Shown in pieces: positions 1 through 14,029 of a DNA stretch of 64,000 bases (the first letter of the stretch is position 1; each line of letters starts with the position of its first letter). The translations under genes were made by a program, and so were the position numbers. The notes below the pieces were generated by a model, which did no database searches, had not been told where the DNA came from, and worked only from the letters and a program-made list of their open reading frames with translations. This DNA comes from Lama guanicoe (taxonomy: Eukaryota), in NCBI GenBank assembly GCA_013239625.1, contig MU053810.1, positions 2,305,518-2,369,517 on the forward strand, in the 5' to 3' direction.

Positions 1-440
1 CCTTTTATGATTCCTGCCTCCTCCAACTCCCACCTCCCGTCCCCTGTACTCCCTCCGTTCACTGTTCTTCTTACTGCTTCCGACACACCGATGTGCCTCC
101 ACTTCCTGTCTTTAACCTCTCTCTTTCCCCGAACAGCACAGCTCACCTCCTCGGTTCCATCAGGTCTGCTCAAATATCCCATCATTGGAGACCACCCCTG
201 ACTGTCCTGCATAAAACAGGAGCCCACCCCTCAATCCAGCGTTCTCTTTCCCTGCATGACTGTTTCCATAGCATCCAGCACCATGTGATTTATTAGCTAT
301 TTACCCTTTTTTTTTTAATCTGTGTCCTTTCACTAGAATGAAGTTCCCTGAGAGCAAGGAAACTACTATCTCCCCCACTTCTAAACTTGGCCATGTACCT
401 GGCAGGCACTTAATACACGTGTTGAGTGAATGAATAAATT
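1..440 (+). mobile_element. L2 3' end
   Basis: CACTAGAATGAAGTTCCCTGAGAGCAAGGA...TACCTGGCAGGCACTTAATACACGTGTTGAGTGAATGAATAAA. Confidence 0.7.
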
Positions 441-3400
441 AACAGATTTGTAGAAACTCCTAACATGAAGTGACATTGGCCTTTTTATACAAACAGCTTT
501 CTCACAAGTTCATCTACCTAAATTTCTCCAAAGCTGGCACACGCACAGCTCTACCTCAGGATTGTAAAGACTGTGGCCATAAAAGTAAAAAATAAAATTC
601 AGAGATCCTAGGAGGAAGGAAAACTGCAGATTTACGCCCCCCCCCCAAAAAAGAATACAAATATCATCCTTCCTTTAAACAATGTTTTTGCTCCTAAAGA
701 TGGCTGGGTCCTGCTCAGCTGTGCGGTTCTGAGGGACTGACCCCGGCATCAGTGTCTCCCCTGCAGAGGTTGTACCTGCATCAGCTCCGCTCTGGGGACA
801 ATCATCTGTAAATCATCGCACTTTACATGAACAGAAGTTAACAGCTGCCATCACAGAGCCATGTGAGTCAAGTGTCTGCAGGACGGAATGACCGTCCTGA
901 AATGCACTTTCCTACTTCCCAACATGCAAAGTGCGAGCCCAGTGGAAAGAGACAAGAAACAAGACTATCAAAGCCGTCACCGATGACGACGCTGGTCGTG
1001 TTCTGTGTGTACACAGCAGGTGCACAGTTTGTGCAGTTTAATTCTATCTGACTGACTTCTATTTCATGTGCCTAGTTTTTTTTTTTCCCATTAGGATTTC
1101 AGCAGGTGCAATGTGACAAGTCAACACAGCTAAATTCTTAGCCACTGAGCTAAGAAAACTCTCTATTGCTAAGTGTTAGGGTGAGAGACAGCAGAAGCTG
1201 GGGGAAGGGGAAGAAGAAAGAGGCAATAAAGAGAAAGAAATGAGATTTTTAAAGAAATCTGTTATGTATGCCCAGGAGTGCTGTTAGAAATTTTATTCCT
1301 TTGTTTCCATATCTGAAGGATTTAGATACGTGGCTTATACGGCCAACCCCAGGTTCCCCCTCTAGTTTATCACTACAACACAGCAGAACTAGCATTCAAA
1401 ATGGGGTCTCCAGAAGGTGACAGTGTTGTGACATCCATTTTTTAAATGTTTTGAGTATTTGAGACGAGTGTACACATAAGGGGCTCAAAGAGGGGAAAGA
1501 TGGCCGAGCTGTGGTCAAGAAGATGAAACTACAAGAGTGATTTTGCTGCAAAGGAGACCCGAGAGTGGAAGTTGAATATACAAAAGATAAAGCAGTAGAA
1601 ATAAAGGTTGCACAGGCCACAGGCATATGAGTTGGAGTGATTTCAGCGTGGGGACACCCAGGATGTTACTATACACATGCCCAAATGCTCCAGGGACTGA
1701 AAAAGGACACAGCAAAACTAGTGGCATTGAAGCAAGACTCTGAGCCACACGCACAGTTATGATCTTGCTCCCTTATGCCTTTCAACCTGACTTCTGACCT
1801 CTTCAGGTGCCCATCCTTGCACACATCACACACGCGACACCTACCTCGTGCCACATGTCCTACAAAGGACACATGCAGTGGCTCTGCGTCATACTTAATG
1901 CTCTAAGTATGCAATTAATATCAAATCACTAGTAGTCATTAGAGATCTAATATTTTAGACTAACAGTAGAATGACATTTAATTGAATTTAATAAGTAAAT
2001 CACAATGAGTTACATGGAGCTGGAATGCCTCTTTAATGAAGTCCATGGAAATATGACTGACATCAGAGTTTCCGATTCAAACCTAGAGAATCAACGTTGA
2101 TTATACTTTCCTTCTGATTCTCACAGCAGAACAGAAATGCTTTTAAATATCTCTGGAGTTACAGTTTGGTTTTTCTTCTTTCACTAGGAGTTTTGGGGGT
2201 TTTTTGTTTTGCCTTGTTTAAAAGTCACAGCAATGGAGGCTTAAGATAGAAAACTACCTATTTAAATATATAGTAGAGGTCAAAAAACAATTTGAATTCA
2301 AATGAGATTTCTAAAAATACATACATATTTCCTTTCTGATTTCTACAGATTTGTTCACTCCTTAAAATCTTTTATGCTATTTCGGGATTTTTACTGCAAA
2401 GCCAAGATAAGCGCTGATTTTTATCTGGGGAGGGTGTTTCCTACTCAGAAAAACAATCCAGGCCAACCACCGCAATAATAATAAACACAATGGCCAAGGA
2501 TACAGAAAAAAAGACAATTCATGAGTTCACAATCAGTACATAGGGCTCTGACTCAACCTTAAGAAAGATTAACAACACACAATTCCCTTTAGTTTTATTG
2601 ACCATTTAAGGCAACTGAAAGCTTTTATTAACTTTTCCTAATTAAATGTATTCTGCTTCTTTATTAAGTGTTATTGATGTTCTGAAAGTAATGATTTTAG
2701 GAGATGCATTTCTAATTACTACTCCTAAAAATATTGCAAACCATGTTTTTACTGTATCAAAATTAAGCAATTACCTATAAATGCCCATGATTGGAAATGC
2801 AGTATAAATTCTGTTCTAACAAACCAAGCCACTGTGTCTTAAAGACAGAATAATTAGCACAGATACTATCAAACGGGTGCTATGGTGATGGGTGCCATAG
2901 AGATATAAAGACAGATGGGGGGTGGGGGGGAGAAGCAGCCTGAAAAGGAAATTGATTTGTTGCAAACAGAAAAAAAAAAAATCTTTGAGAATGAGACAGG
3001 CAACAGGAGGGAAGAAATAAGTCAGCAGAGGGGCTTTTTAACTAGCATTAGGAATATGTGTTGTACTAAATATTTAGTACAAGTGGTTCTCCCTGCATAT
3101 GAGTCTGCCCAATAGTGAGTCGCTGCAACTTGTTACCAAATTGAAAGGGTTTATTCCTGGATGGCGATGAACTAAACGTGGAAGCACCTTTAAGGAACCA
3201 GGAGAAACCTCACTTTGAGTGAAGAGAAAAATCTGCCCCACGGCATACGCTTTAGTTTCAGAGGAACACAGAAATCTTTCAAGTCTGTTTTGCATTTACC
3301 TTGTGACATTGATCACAATTTTCTGCTTAAATAATTTGGGAGGATCTGAGATGGTTTTTTTAAGCGTATGTCAGAGGGCAAAAAATTAGGTGCACAGCCT

Positions 3401-5549
3401 CAACTTCATTAAAAAATAGGGATTACATGATTGTTTTTCCATGCACAGTGCCTAAAATGAATTAAGTACTTAGCAGGTGTTCGGAAAGTATTTGTTTAAG
3501 AAGCAAGGTGGGAAGGACTGAATTGTTCCCTTTTGAATTGCAGGTAGAAACTGTTCCAAAACACGTTCAAGTCTTAAATTCATGTTTCGTATTGCAAAAG
3601 CTGCCCCATCAATCACTAATGTCTCCACTCAACTCTAATGGCATTTATTGAGCACCTACTATGTATGAGGACTGCCCCTTCTGCATCTGTCACTCAGGAT
3701 TAGTCTTTAATCCTGCAGCTGCAAAGCCCCAGGGGCAATGAGCAGATGGGACCAGTAATAGGGTATCACTCGACCCAGTAACACTTTCACTCCATCTGGC
3801 ACGTTATTCCTGGAACAGTCACTGGAAAAGAAATTGCACTAGGTAAGAACATTAACGAAGCTGCGGTGATGGGTTTCAGTCGAAATTGCCTGTGACAAGT
3901 CACTCTTCTGGTCTTACCATCAGCAGCCGCACGCCTCCCTTCCACCCAGTTCTGTGTTAGCTCTCCTCTCCAGCCTCCCACACCTGCATCCTCAATTCAT
4001 CCTCCTCTTGGCCTAATAGTTCTGCCAACTCCGGATCCATCAATCTTTCCACATCAGCATTAAGCTGTATGGAAAATGGAAGAGAGAGTGCAGAACAATC
4101 TTCCTAAGATTTGGGTCACGTTCTCATAGGCTTGGGTCATTCATTTAAAGTCGACTCAGTTTCTCTCCTTCCTATTTTGTAAGAAGTGTACACTTGAAGA
4201 CGCCAGATTTCCTCTTCCCTGTACTTTTACCCATCACACATATTATATGTCGCACATGTTGGAAAAATGCTAGTTATTAGTGAACTTTTCAGGAACATAA
4301 TCATCACCCAAATAAATGACTAAATCTGCTACTACTCTACTTCTCATAAAGATGATAGCAATTCAATATTGATCAACCTTATTCATGCTAATGCTTACAA
4401 ATGAAAATAAAAGTTAAGAATTAACAAGACGTAGTGATGAAAAGAGATCTGATTTAAAGTAGAAAAACCAGGAAACAGAACAATATACACCGTTTCTAAG
4501 ACAAATCTGTCTAAGAGATTTAGCTAAAGGAAAATGACTCTGGTCCAGAAATGTAAATGGCTAATGCTAAGCAAAGAATCATTAATAAAGGAGTTTTATT
4601 TTAAGTCTCTGAATTTCCATGGAAAAGCCAAGATTTTAATATTCCTGGCTTGGCCTTACCATACTAAAAACACAGGAACACAAGGAAGAACAATGAGACA
4701 TCCCTTCTTAAGAGTTCATTTACTAGGTCAAGTGTGCATTAGAATCTTAATTCTGATCTACAAAATCATTGTTCTCTTACAATTCAACTGAATATTTATA
4801 TCCATGGACTATTTAAAGACTCTTCAGAATTAGTGTCATCATGCCCCATTTGCTCCACCTTTAGAATGTTTAGAACACCCACCAAAAAAGTTTAAAGGTC
4901 TATGTTTCTGAAATAATTTGACTTTACTTTTTAAACTGAATACAGAAATGTTTGAGAGTGCTTTTAAAAAATTCACTTGCACAATAAATTCTCTATAATG
5001 AGCCCCAAACTGCAATTCATAAAAAGCTTGAGAAACTTCTAAAAAGTGAATTTACACATCCAACAACTGCCATGAAATTGGAGTGACAGAGTTTCCCTCC
5101 AATAATGAGTTTTCTTTATATGATAAAGAAGAAGGAGAAGGGGGACCGGGGGTTGGGGGGTAACGGGGGCAGGGAGAAGGGTACAACAAAGAGAAATAGA
5201 GGCAAAATGGACTTTGAAACAAGAGCAGAGAGACTATGGCTTGGAAAGATTAAATTTATTCCAGATGACCCAAAAGGCAGGAAAGAACGGCCTATAAAAT
5301 GCAATAAACTCCCTTATGGAGTAACAAACTTAAGATCTCCAGAGGCATTCAAGTAGAAGCTGAAAGACTCTTTAGCATTACTTCGGACACTGAAATTGTG
5401 AATTTCTCTACTGGGTGGGAAACAATACTAGAAAGCCAGCTCCGTGATTCTACATATGTTACATAGTCAAATGTGTTGAACCCTTTTATTATAGAGTTTA
5501 AAAAGTACATGTGAGCACTTTTAAATAAATGCATTATAAGTTACATGTC

Positions 5550-5998
5550 AGTGATGGATGTCCTCATGTGGTGCTCAGCATCCCGGTTCCTTCTTCTGGT
5601 AGCATCAATCTGCTCTTCCCTTTGGAATGACCCAGTCCCTTGAGTTTGAGTGTGGCTGGTCTGACTCCCACCCCTTCATTTTGTATCATCCTCTCAGCCA
5701 CAGAGACAGGCATGTGACTAAAATTAGACCCAGGCAAATAATCTTAGAGCTTTCACTCAAACCATTCTGCTGAGCTGGCTAGAGTGTAAGCCTGAAGCTT
5801 GCTTACGAGCCATCCTGCCATCACAAGGAAAGAGGCAGGAAAAGAGATGAGAGAGAAAGAGCTGATGATAACCCCAGGACCCACCGACACCTGGACATTT
5901 CAGCCATCAGATATGCAAGCCAGTACCTCCACTCTTGAGCTTCAGGCTAGCTTGTGTTGAGTTTCTGTCACTTGCAACCAGAAAGTCCTGACCAACAT
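5550..5998 (+). mobile_element. Old MaLR LTR (MLT1 family)
   Basis: GGCATGTGACTAAA, CCTGGACATTTCAG and the terminal GAGTTTCTGTCACTTGCAACCAGAAAGTCCTGACCAACA. Confidence 0.75.
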
Positions 5999-6879
5999 CA
6001 ATGGAGGAAATAATGAGAAAAGAAGTTTGAATATCTAAATGCTGGTTAATAATCTAATTCACTGTAAGTTTCAACCTCTAAAACCCAAAATATTTAGGGT
6101 ATCTCCTGGTATCATTTGAACTTTCTCATCGTCTTCTTCATAGCTATTTTCCAATTTGCACTGAGCCAACTTTTCTTCCAGATTTCTGCATTGATTTCCT
6201 TTAACCGCTCAAGAGGTTCTCTTAATTTCCTGAGAAAGAAATGACACGGGGCACTTCCAAGAGTCATCAGCTGTCCTGTTCAGGCAAAGCAGCCAACTCT
6301 TCCTTGTGGCACCACACTCACACAAACCAACTGGAAATTTCCCCTTTTAAGTGAACAGACTGTTTCAAAAAGCAGGATTCCAGAAATAGTTCGTCAAGCT
6401 GTCCAGGTTTGCTGTTATGAAACCAATGCCCAGGCCAAAAGAATTAATCTCTTTGCTCCCAGAATCAAAATTTTCTCAATGAGCCTTAGGCCCATTAACC
6501 AGGGTGACCAGCATCTCCTCATCACTCCACACTTAAGTCTTCTGCATTTCTGAAGCATTTCTAAATCTTTATTTACATTTTCTTAACCAACTAAGAAATG
6601 CTTGATTTCACGAATTTTAATATAACCTGGCATGGACCACTAGTAATCACAACTGCTTCCAACCTTCTACAGAACAAAATAAAGTACAAATAGATTAAAA
6701 TGTACATACTTGCATTCATATCTGATCATTATCTAATAATACTGATCACACCATCTTTTTTTTTTTACAAAAGAGGTAAACAAGTTTTTTATAAGAATAA
6801 ATCTTATGCCATTTTCCCCTGCTTGTGCAAGTCATGCAAATAGCCCCCACCACGTACTTAGGACAGCTTAGCCAAAATG

Positions 6880-7152
6880 CAGGCACTCATAATAGAAATG
6901 AAGCATCGGATTTGCTGCACACAGTGCCACGTCCGCACAAAGCCTCACACTTTGGACAAGAAGGGAAGAATAATACTGTAGCCACTGGCAGCTGCAGGGG
7001 GACTTTTCGGGAGACAAAATGGCATTACTGGAGTTGGAATTTGGCCAGGACACTGGGGCTAAATACCCGGACTCTTATGAAAAGTGCCCTGGGATTGTTA
7101 ATGCCCTGCAGTCATCAGGACCTCAGTTTTGTGTCTTCTATGAAAAGAAAAG
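6880..7152 (-). mobile_element. AmnSINE1 / Deu-domain SINE remnant
   Basis: GGAATTTGGCCAGGACACTGGGGCTAAATACCCGGACTCTTATGAAAAGTGCCCTGGGATTGTTAATG...TCAGGACCTCAGTTTT resembles the reverse complement of the AmnSINE1/SINE3 central domain as I recall it. The 5S-derived head is not visible. Confidence 0.7.
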
Positions 7153-8069
7153 CTGATTAGATCATTTAAGTAAATCTCTCGGTGGGCTTCTTTAGCTTCT
7201 GATTATCTAGGTACGCTTTAATCACCGTCGGACTGCCCGGGTGAAAATTAATGACAGATTAATGTGAGACACTCCAAGGTATCAAACCACCAAAATATAT
7301 ACCTCGATAATATATCACATATATATTTTTCATTTGTTCCCCAGGGGATTAATTTAGAGCCCCAGCAATTCCTACTTGGACTAAATCAAGCTGTTTTAAA
7401 GAGGACATAATATCCCAATTATCCTGTTACCCCTATCTTTATGAGTCTCCGAAGGAGCGAGCGACTAAGTGGGACGATTAGATTTAATACCACAGCCCCG
7501 ATCCAACGTCCTGTTTCAACAGACACTCTTTTCTTTTTTTCCACAATTACTCTGACCATTAAATCTTCTACGTTATTTACTAAACACTTACCCATAATAA
7601 GACTTTAAACACAATTATTCATCTCCTTTGCCATACAGAAATCTAGACTCTATTCAGATTTCTTGAGAGAATAAAGAAACTGAAAATCTTCATTTTAGGT
7701 AGTAACAATATTCATAAATGTTTTACACTGGCATACATGTCTAAGAAGGGAAACATTTCTTGTACTATGGGAACAAATTAAAAAACAGGGCTGGGGGAAG
7801 GACCCTGGAAAATATCAGCAGATGAGTTCTTCCTCCCTCTCTTCATCATGAGTGCCTACAAAACCCAAAAATGAAGTGAATTCTCTAATTTCTTCCCCCT
7901 TTCTCCCTAAATTTTTATTTTACAAACACACCCATTTGTCTGCCTTGAACGCGTTGTTTTTCTCCTTCCCAAGCCTCACAGAAAGATGTTTTAAGGTTTT
8001 CTTTGGACTCACAGGGTGGCTTTGGATCTTGGTTTCCTCATCTGTAAAATGGGACAGTTGAAAGAAGTT

Positions 8070-8235
8070 GGTGGTTCTGAGCCCAGGCTGTGCATTAAAA
8101 TTCCCTCAGATGCTTTTAAAAAATCAGTCCCTTCCCCCAGCCCCCAGAGATTCTGATACGGTTGCTTTGGGATAGGGCCCCACCATCCATCCTTTTTAAA
8201 AGTTCTCCAGATGACTATAATGTGTAGCCAGAGCT
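8070..8235. mobile_element. MER5-like hAT-Charlie fossil
   Basis: GTGGTTCT...TGCATTAAAATTCCCT...CCCCAGAGATTCTGAT...CTCCAGATGACTATAATGTGTAGCCAG. Confidence 0.7.
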
Positions 8236-8344
8236 TTAAAAGAATGACTGACTTGGTGTCTCCAGGATTCTTTTAGTCCCAAAGCTCTCTGTGTCCATCT
8301 ATTCACATAACAACCTTTTAACTAACACAGCCAGCACTCCAGAT

Positions 8345-8765
8345 GAGCCACCACAATAAAGTACCACAAACTCGATGGCTTAAAACAACAGATATTTATT
8401 CACTCACAGTTCTGGAGGCCTGAAGTCCAAAATCAAGATCTCAGCAAGATTGGTTCTTCCAGGAGGTTCTGAGGGTGAATCCATCCCAGCATCGGGTGGA
8501 TGAGGCCATGCTTGCTGCTGGCTGCATTACTCCAATCTCTGCCTCCATCTTCACACGGCCTTCCCCTCATAGTCCCTGCATGTCTTCTTCTTTTCAGTCT
8601 CTTACAAGGACACCTGGCATTGGATTTAAGGCCACCCTAATTCAGGATGCTCTCACCGACAGAGCTGTACCTTCATTACATCTGCAGAGGCCACTATTCC
8701 AGAGAAGGTCACATTCTGAGGTTTTGGGTGGACATACCTTTAGGGGCGACCATCCAACTCACTAC
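8345..8765 (-). mobile_element. MaLR solo LTR (MLT1B/C-like)
   Basis: AAAGTACCACAAACTCGATGGCTTAAAACAACAGATATTTATTCACTCACAGTTCTGGAGGC...AAGGTCACATTCTGAGG. Confidence 0.85.
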
Positions 8766-10319
8766 CCTGGAGGTGCCACTTTCCTCAGAAGCCAGTAACA
8801 AATTCCTCGCACGCAAGTGCTAGGACACCTGAAAGGCACACTGCGCAGCGGCAAGACAGGCCATGGGGCTCCTGGCCGCCATCACAAGAAGACAAGGGAC
8901 AGCAGGGGAGCACACGAAGGGCATGCCAAGGTGACCCCAGGCTAACCCCCGCAAGCATCTCAGGACTCAGCTGTCAGATCACCTCTACTCCAGTTACAGA
9001 CAAAATGAGCCAGTGCCCTCTCTGTGCTGGGACGGAGGCTGGGACGAAGAGGTGCATGCTGTGTGGCCTCCGTACAGAGGGAAGGCCTTCTATGTCAACC
9101 TTCCAAGAAGTTACGTGCTCCTCCAGGAAAAAGGCCTCCGTTCACTGTATTCAATAATCTCATTGCTTTCTTTCTCCCACTACCCCACCCAAACAATTCT
9201 TCATGCCTAATGGATTTCCAGGAACCCTGCTATATATACACAGCAAGGAGAAAAAGACACAGCAATGCTATAAATGCCTGCTACAGCTATAGGCTTGTTT
9301 TTATGCCAATTCATGTTATTCCTGTCTTTCAAAACTATGCTTCAAATCCTTGTCCCTTCACGGCTTCTCCCCACCTCCAGGCCTATGGACCATCCCAGTT
9401 CACATCCTTTAGCATAAACATGTATGATTTTAACCACGCCTGTTTGTGCTTACAAATATGTTTACTCCACACAACCCTGTGCCTTTTTAGACTTAGGCCC
9501 AGTGAGGCTGACGGCTCATCCCAGGCAGAAGTCCTGCCCCTGGCTTCTCTGAGATTCCTCCCAGAAACCGACACTGCCCGCTTCACAAAGGATGCTCTTT
9601 GCTGAGAGATGTTACATTCGTGCATCTCTCATCAAATGTTGTTTCTCATTCACTCATTTAACTTCTTTTAGGAGTATCACCAAAATAAGAAGAGAAGAAA
9701 AGAAAACAGAACAAAAGAAACACTTCTCTCTTCTGAACGAAGAGAGGCATACCTGTTGTCAAGATACTGTAACAGTCTGAATTACAAACCCATGAAGGAA
9801 CACAGCAACAAATACTCACACAAATGAATGCCAAGGGAAAAAACACCTGCCAAACACCCACCAGTTTCTTCCTTTCTCTAAAATGGCTGTGTCACTGGCT
9901 GATAACAGACAGCTTGCTTTCTTCTTCAGCCCCCGAAATAACAAGACCAAAGAACAGCTCCGCCGTTAGCCTGATCACCTGGGTCTCACACGGTTACATT
10001 TGCGAACGTGATGTCACACCGAAGGACAATGATTTCACACAAGCAGCTCATCATGCTGCAGAGAAGAGGTCGCAGGAGCTGTCTGACCCTTGGAAGGACC
10101 GAGTCATTCCAGGAGCTGTGTGGTTGCCCAAAACTGAACGGTTCTGCCCCTGCTCTCCAGCACGGACTGTCTGTCCAGAGGGTAACCTTCGTTTTCTTCA
10201 AACCGTAGCTTCAGCAGCTGTCTGCTAAGTTACTGCACCCCCAAACTTCTAGGGGGGGGGTCTTCCCAACCTTGGGCATCATTCACTTAAATCATCAATC
10301 CCCTTAAATACAGCCACCC

Positions 10320-11360
10320 TTAGAAAATATCTACAAACCATTGATCTAATAAGGAATTGGTATCTAATAAAGAACTCCTACAAGTCAACAACAAAAACCC
10401 AACTTAAAAAGGAGCAAAGGATGTTCATGTATGACTGAAAAATTGTGCTCTACACTGGAAATTGACACAACATTGTAAACTAACTATAACTCAATAAAAT
10501 AAAATCTAAAAAATAAAAGGAGCAAAGGACTCGATGGACATTTTTCCAAAGGAAATCTACAAACGGCCACTAGGCACATGAAAGGAAGCTCAACGCCACT
10601 AAGCATCAGAGACTTGCAAGCCTAAATCACAATGAGATACTGCTTCACACACATCAGGGTGGCTATCGTTAAAAACAGTAATACTAAAAAGTGTTGGCAA
10701 GGATGTGGAGAAACTGGAACCCCTGTGCGTTGCTGGTGAAAGTGCAAAATGGTGCAGCCGCTGCGGTTTCTAAAAACATTAAGCACAGAATTACCATATG
10801 ACTTAGCAATCCCACTCCTGGGCATAGACCTAAAAGAACTGAAAGCAGGGACCCCAACAGACAGTTGCACATCCGTGTTCACAGCAGCATGATTTACAAT
10901 AACCAGATGGCAGAAGTAACCCAAGTGCCCGCTGATGGGTGAATGAACAAATAAAATGTGATATACACACACAGAGATAATACTGTTCAGCCTTAAAAAG
11001 GAAGGAAATTCTGACATATGCTAAAACACAAATGAATCTTGAGGATATCCTGCTAAGTGATTTAAGCCAGTCACTAAAGGACAAATATTGTATTATTCCA
11101 TGTACATGAGTACCTCCAGTGATCAATTTGTAGAGATAGAAAATGATGGTTGCCAACGGCCTAAAGGAATGAGAATGAGGAGTTATTGTTTTATCGGTAC
11201 AGAGTTTCAGTCTGGAAAGATTACAAAGTTCTAGAGATGGATGGTGGTGACAACTATATCACAATATGAACATACTTAATGCCACAGAACTATACACTTA
11301 AAGATGGTTGAACAGTAAACTTTATGTGTATTTTATCACAATAAAAATATATATTAAAAC
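10320..11360 (+). mobile_element. Old L1 (L1MB-like) ORF2 end and 3'UTR
   Basis: Typical L1 motifs: ACAATGAGATAC..., TGTTGGCAAGGATGTGGAGAAACTGGAACCC, CCCACTCCTGGGCATAGACC, GAGATGGATGGTGGTGA. A-rich end. Confidence 0.9.
10422..10514 (+). mobile_element. Young 5'-truncated L1 3' tip nested in L1MB
   Basis: ATGACTGAAAAATTGTGCTCTACACTGGAAATTGACACAACATTGTAAA, shared with the 33034 and 57843 copies. TSD AAAAGGAGCAAAGGA at 10407-10421 and 10515-10529. Confidence 0.9.
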
Positions 11361-14029
11361 AATGGCCACCCAAATCCACAAATGATCTACATTACAATAC
11401 TAATTTTTAAAATAAGGTTAAGTCTATCTTACTTTTTGTTCTGAACAGTACTGAAAAATCATGCTTCATCTACCTTTCTTCTTAAAAAAAAAAGGGAGGG
11501 GGGAAGAAATAAAAGCTTCTTCCCTCACTCAAATCTTTTTCATATTTGCTACACAGTAAGTTCTGAATTGCTTTTGATAGTAAAAATAATACCAGCGTCA
11601 TTTTCATAGCTGGAATTCAGCTGATGTTCTGTTGGCTTCTCTCACCTCCCTTACTTCCATCTCATTCATAAATCCCCCACCACCAGTCCCTCCACCCACA
11701 CCCCCAAAGAGCAGGGGGGAATCTCTCTCCTCTGGGGTTAATGCCTCTCGAGCACAATAGGATTGATAAGCCTTTTAGCAGCCCAGCCTACGGGCTCCCC
11801 AACACCATTTATAACCACAAGAAAGTGCTTTAGCTCTTAGAAAAGCAGTACTACAAATCGCCAAAATATCAATATAAAATGAATCCTGCAGAGTCAGGGT
11901 CATAATAGGGACACTGAGAGACTGACTCTAAATATTGGCTCTCAATACAGTTGCTATTCTGAAAGTCAGGTTTTGTGGGGCATGGAGGGGAGGGCGGCTA
12001 TAGAAAATGGTTTAATGGGTGAGCAAGAAAACAAGCCATGGGGGAGACAACAATCAAATATGGATGGTTAGCTCATATTTTGCATCTAAAAGTAGACCTG
12101 AAAATGAACACAGCAGCATAAGTGCAAATATTTCCTTGTCTTAATGATAGAAGAATGGACAAGGATGAAGTGGGTTTCTACACATCTCAAAAATCTTAAC
12201 ATCTTGCATTACTTACAAACTGTTTAATAGCAAGTAAAATGTATCATTTTTTTAAGTAATAAACTTCCCAAATTATTACAATGAACACCTTTACAATCAG
12301 AAAATCAAATCCTCTAAATAAAAAATGAAAAGATCACAGACTGTGATAAACATTTTCCTTTCCCAAATACAGGCAGTTTTTACTGTCTCTGGTATTTAGA
12401 ACTGTTTATAGTATTTCTCATCCTGGTCCTTCATTCCTGGTCAACGCACCCTGAAACACTTCTCAAATCCCAGCACACACAGCCGTACGCTGATATCCAG
12501 GATGATTCTAAATGAGCTGCATACACATACCCAGAGGTATCCACTTTATGACATGCTCGGTTGGGCAGGCATTCAACAGTTTTGATTGCTTAATAAGGGA
12601 GAATCACCTGTCTATACTTTGCAACATGCCAGAGGAAGGTTCATTTCCCAGGTACATTCTCCCTATATGCAGCCAAGGGAAATATATTTGATCTTATTTT
12701 TAGAGAGAAAGAAAGAGACAGAGACAAGACACTTGGGCAACGCGTGGGAAGAAGAGGTTCTGAGTGTTTCCACCTGCTGGTTAGCCTGCTGCCACTTGGT
12801 GGCACTGTTGGTTCCAGTTTGTTCCCTGATCCGAGGATGGGTGTATCAATTGATCCAACCATAATCAGCACGTGTGGCTGTGGCTCCAAGAGGAACTTTA
12901 TTAAGCCCTGACAGCCTTAATAGAAACATCAGATTGTCTGTATTCCTATGACTCCCAAATCTAGATGGTAAATTCTATCATAAATGCTCTTCTCTTGGAA
13001 CCTTCCCGTTTTCCTCTCTAGAAATCCAACCTTTCCTTCGAGGCACCTATCTCAGCCTGCTTCTGTGAAACCTTCCTTATTAACACTGGCCAGGGTCTCC
13101 CGTAGGGCATGGCAATTGGGGAAAGTAGCTTGTATACCACTCTGGTGGAGAGACAAGTGGACAGGAACTGGGAAAGAAAATGAGTTGGTGAAAAGGAAGC
13201 AGTACCACCATCTTGAGATTTTTTTTTAATACAATATAAATGAAGGGGAAACAACACTTTGATAAACTTTCATTTATGTGATTTATTTAGTGAGTATTTC
13301 CTTCAGGCTCCCAGCACTCCTGGGTGAGCATCCTATTTTGGAGACAGGGAAGGGAGGTCCATAGGGATTAAGTGACTTGCTCAAGGGCAGGCACTAGTTA
13401 GAATTTGTGGATTGAGGACTGGAACTTCATCCTCTTCTCCAAGTTCCAACACCACATTGCCTTGACACAACAGGGGCTCTAAAACAGCTCCTGACGTAAA
13501 CACATACGGAGGCCCAGCAACCTCCAATCCAAACTGAAGTACTCAAGTGGGGCAGCGACCCTTCCAGAAGGTGCACAGCTTCCGTCTTCACTTAGCCGCT
13601 TCCCACGTGCCCCACACAGACCCACGTCCTGAGCTGCGTGTTCCTTCATTGGGTCAACGTTTTTTTCTTCCTTCAAAATTTCCAAACTTGTTAATATTTT
13701 AAGATCTTACTTACATAAACGTTTGGAAGAAGCAACACACGCTGACAGACACCATCACTGTTTTGTTCTCCGAACCCCTCAGGGCAGCTCTGCTCCTGCT
13801 CTGTGTTGGCCTTCCCTTTTTTGTATAATAAGCGGGTGTGGTGGAGCCTTGAACAATGACAAGACAGAATCCTCACGGATGCTTTGAACAACATGTATTA
13901 CATTCTTCAGTGACGAGAACAGCATTTAGGATGCTGCAGCTAGCTCAGATCATAAATCATCATCAGTGAAGGATGAAACATAGGGAGATATTTCTGGTGG
14001 CTGTGATCTTACTATCAGCATTTAGTTTT

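Noticed and set aside
9024..9605. 193-aa plus-strand ORF
   Set aside because: Non-ATG start, composition unlike real proteins, no homology recognised.
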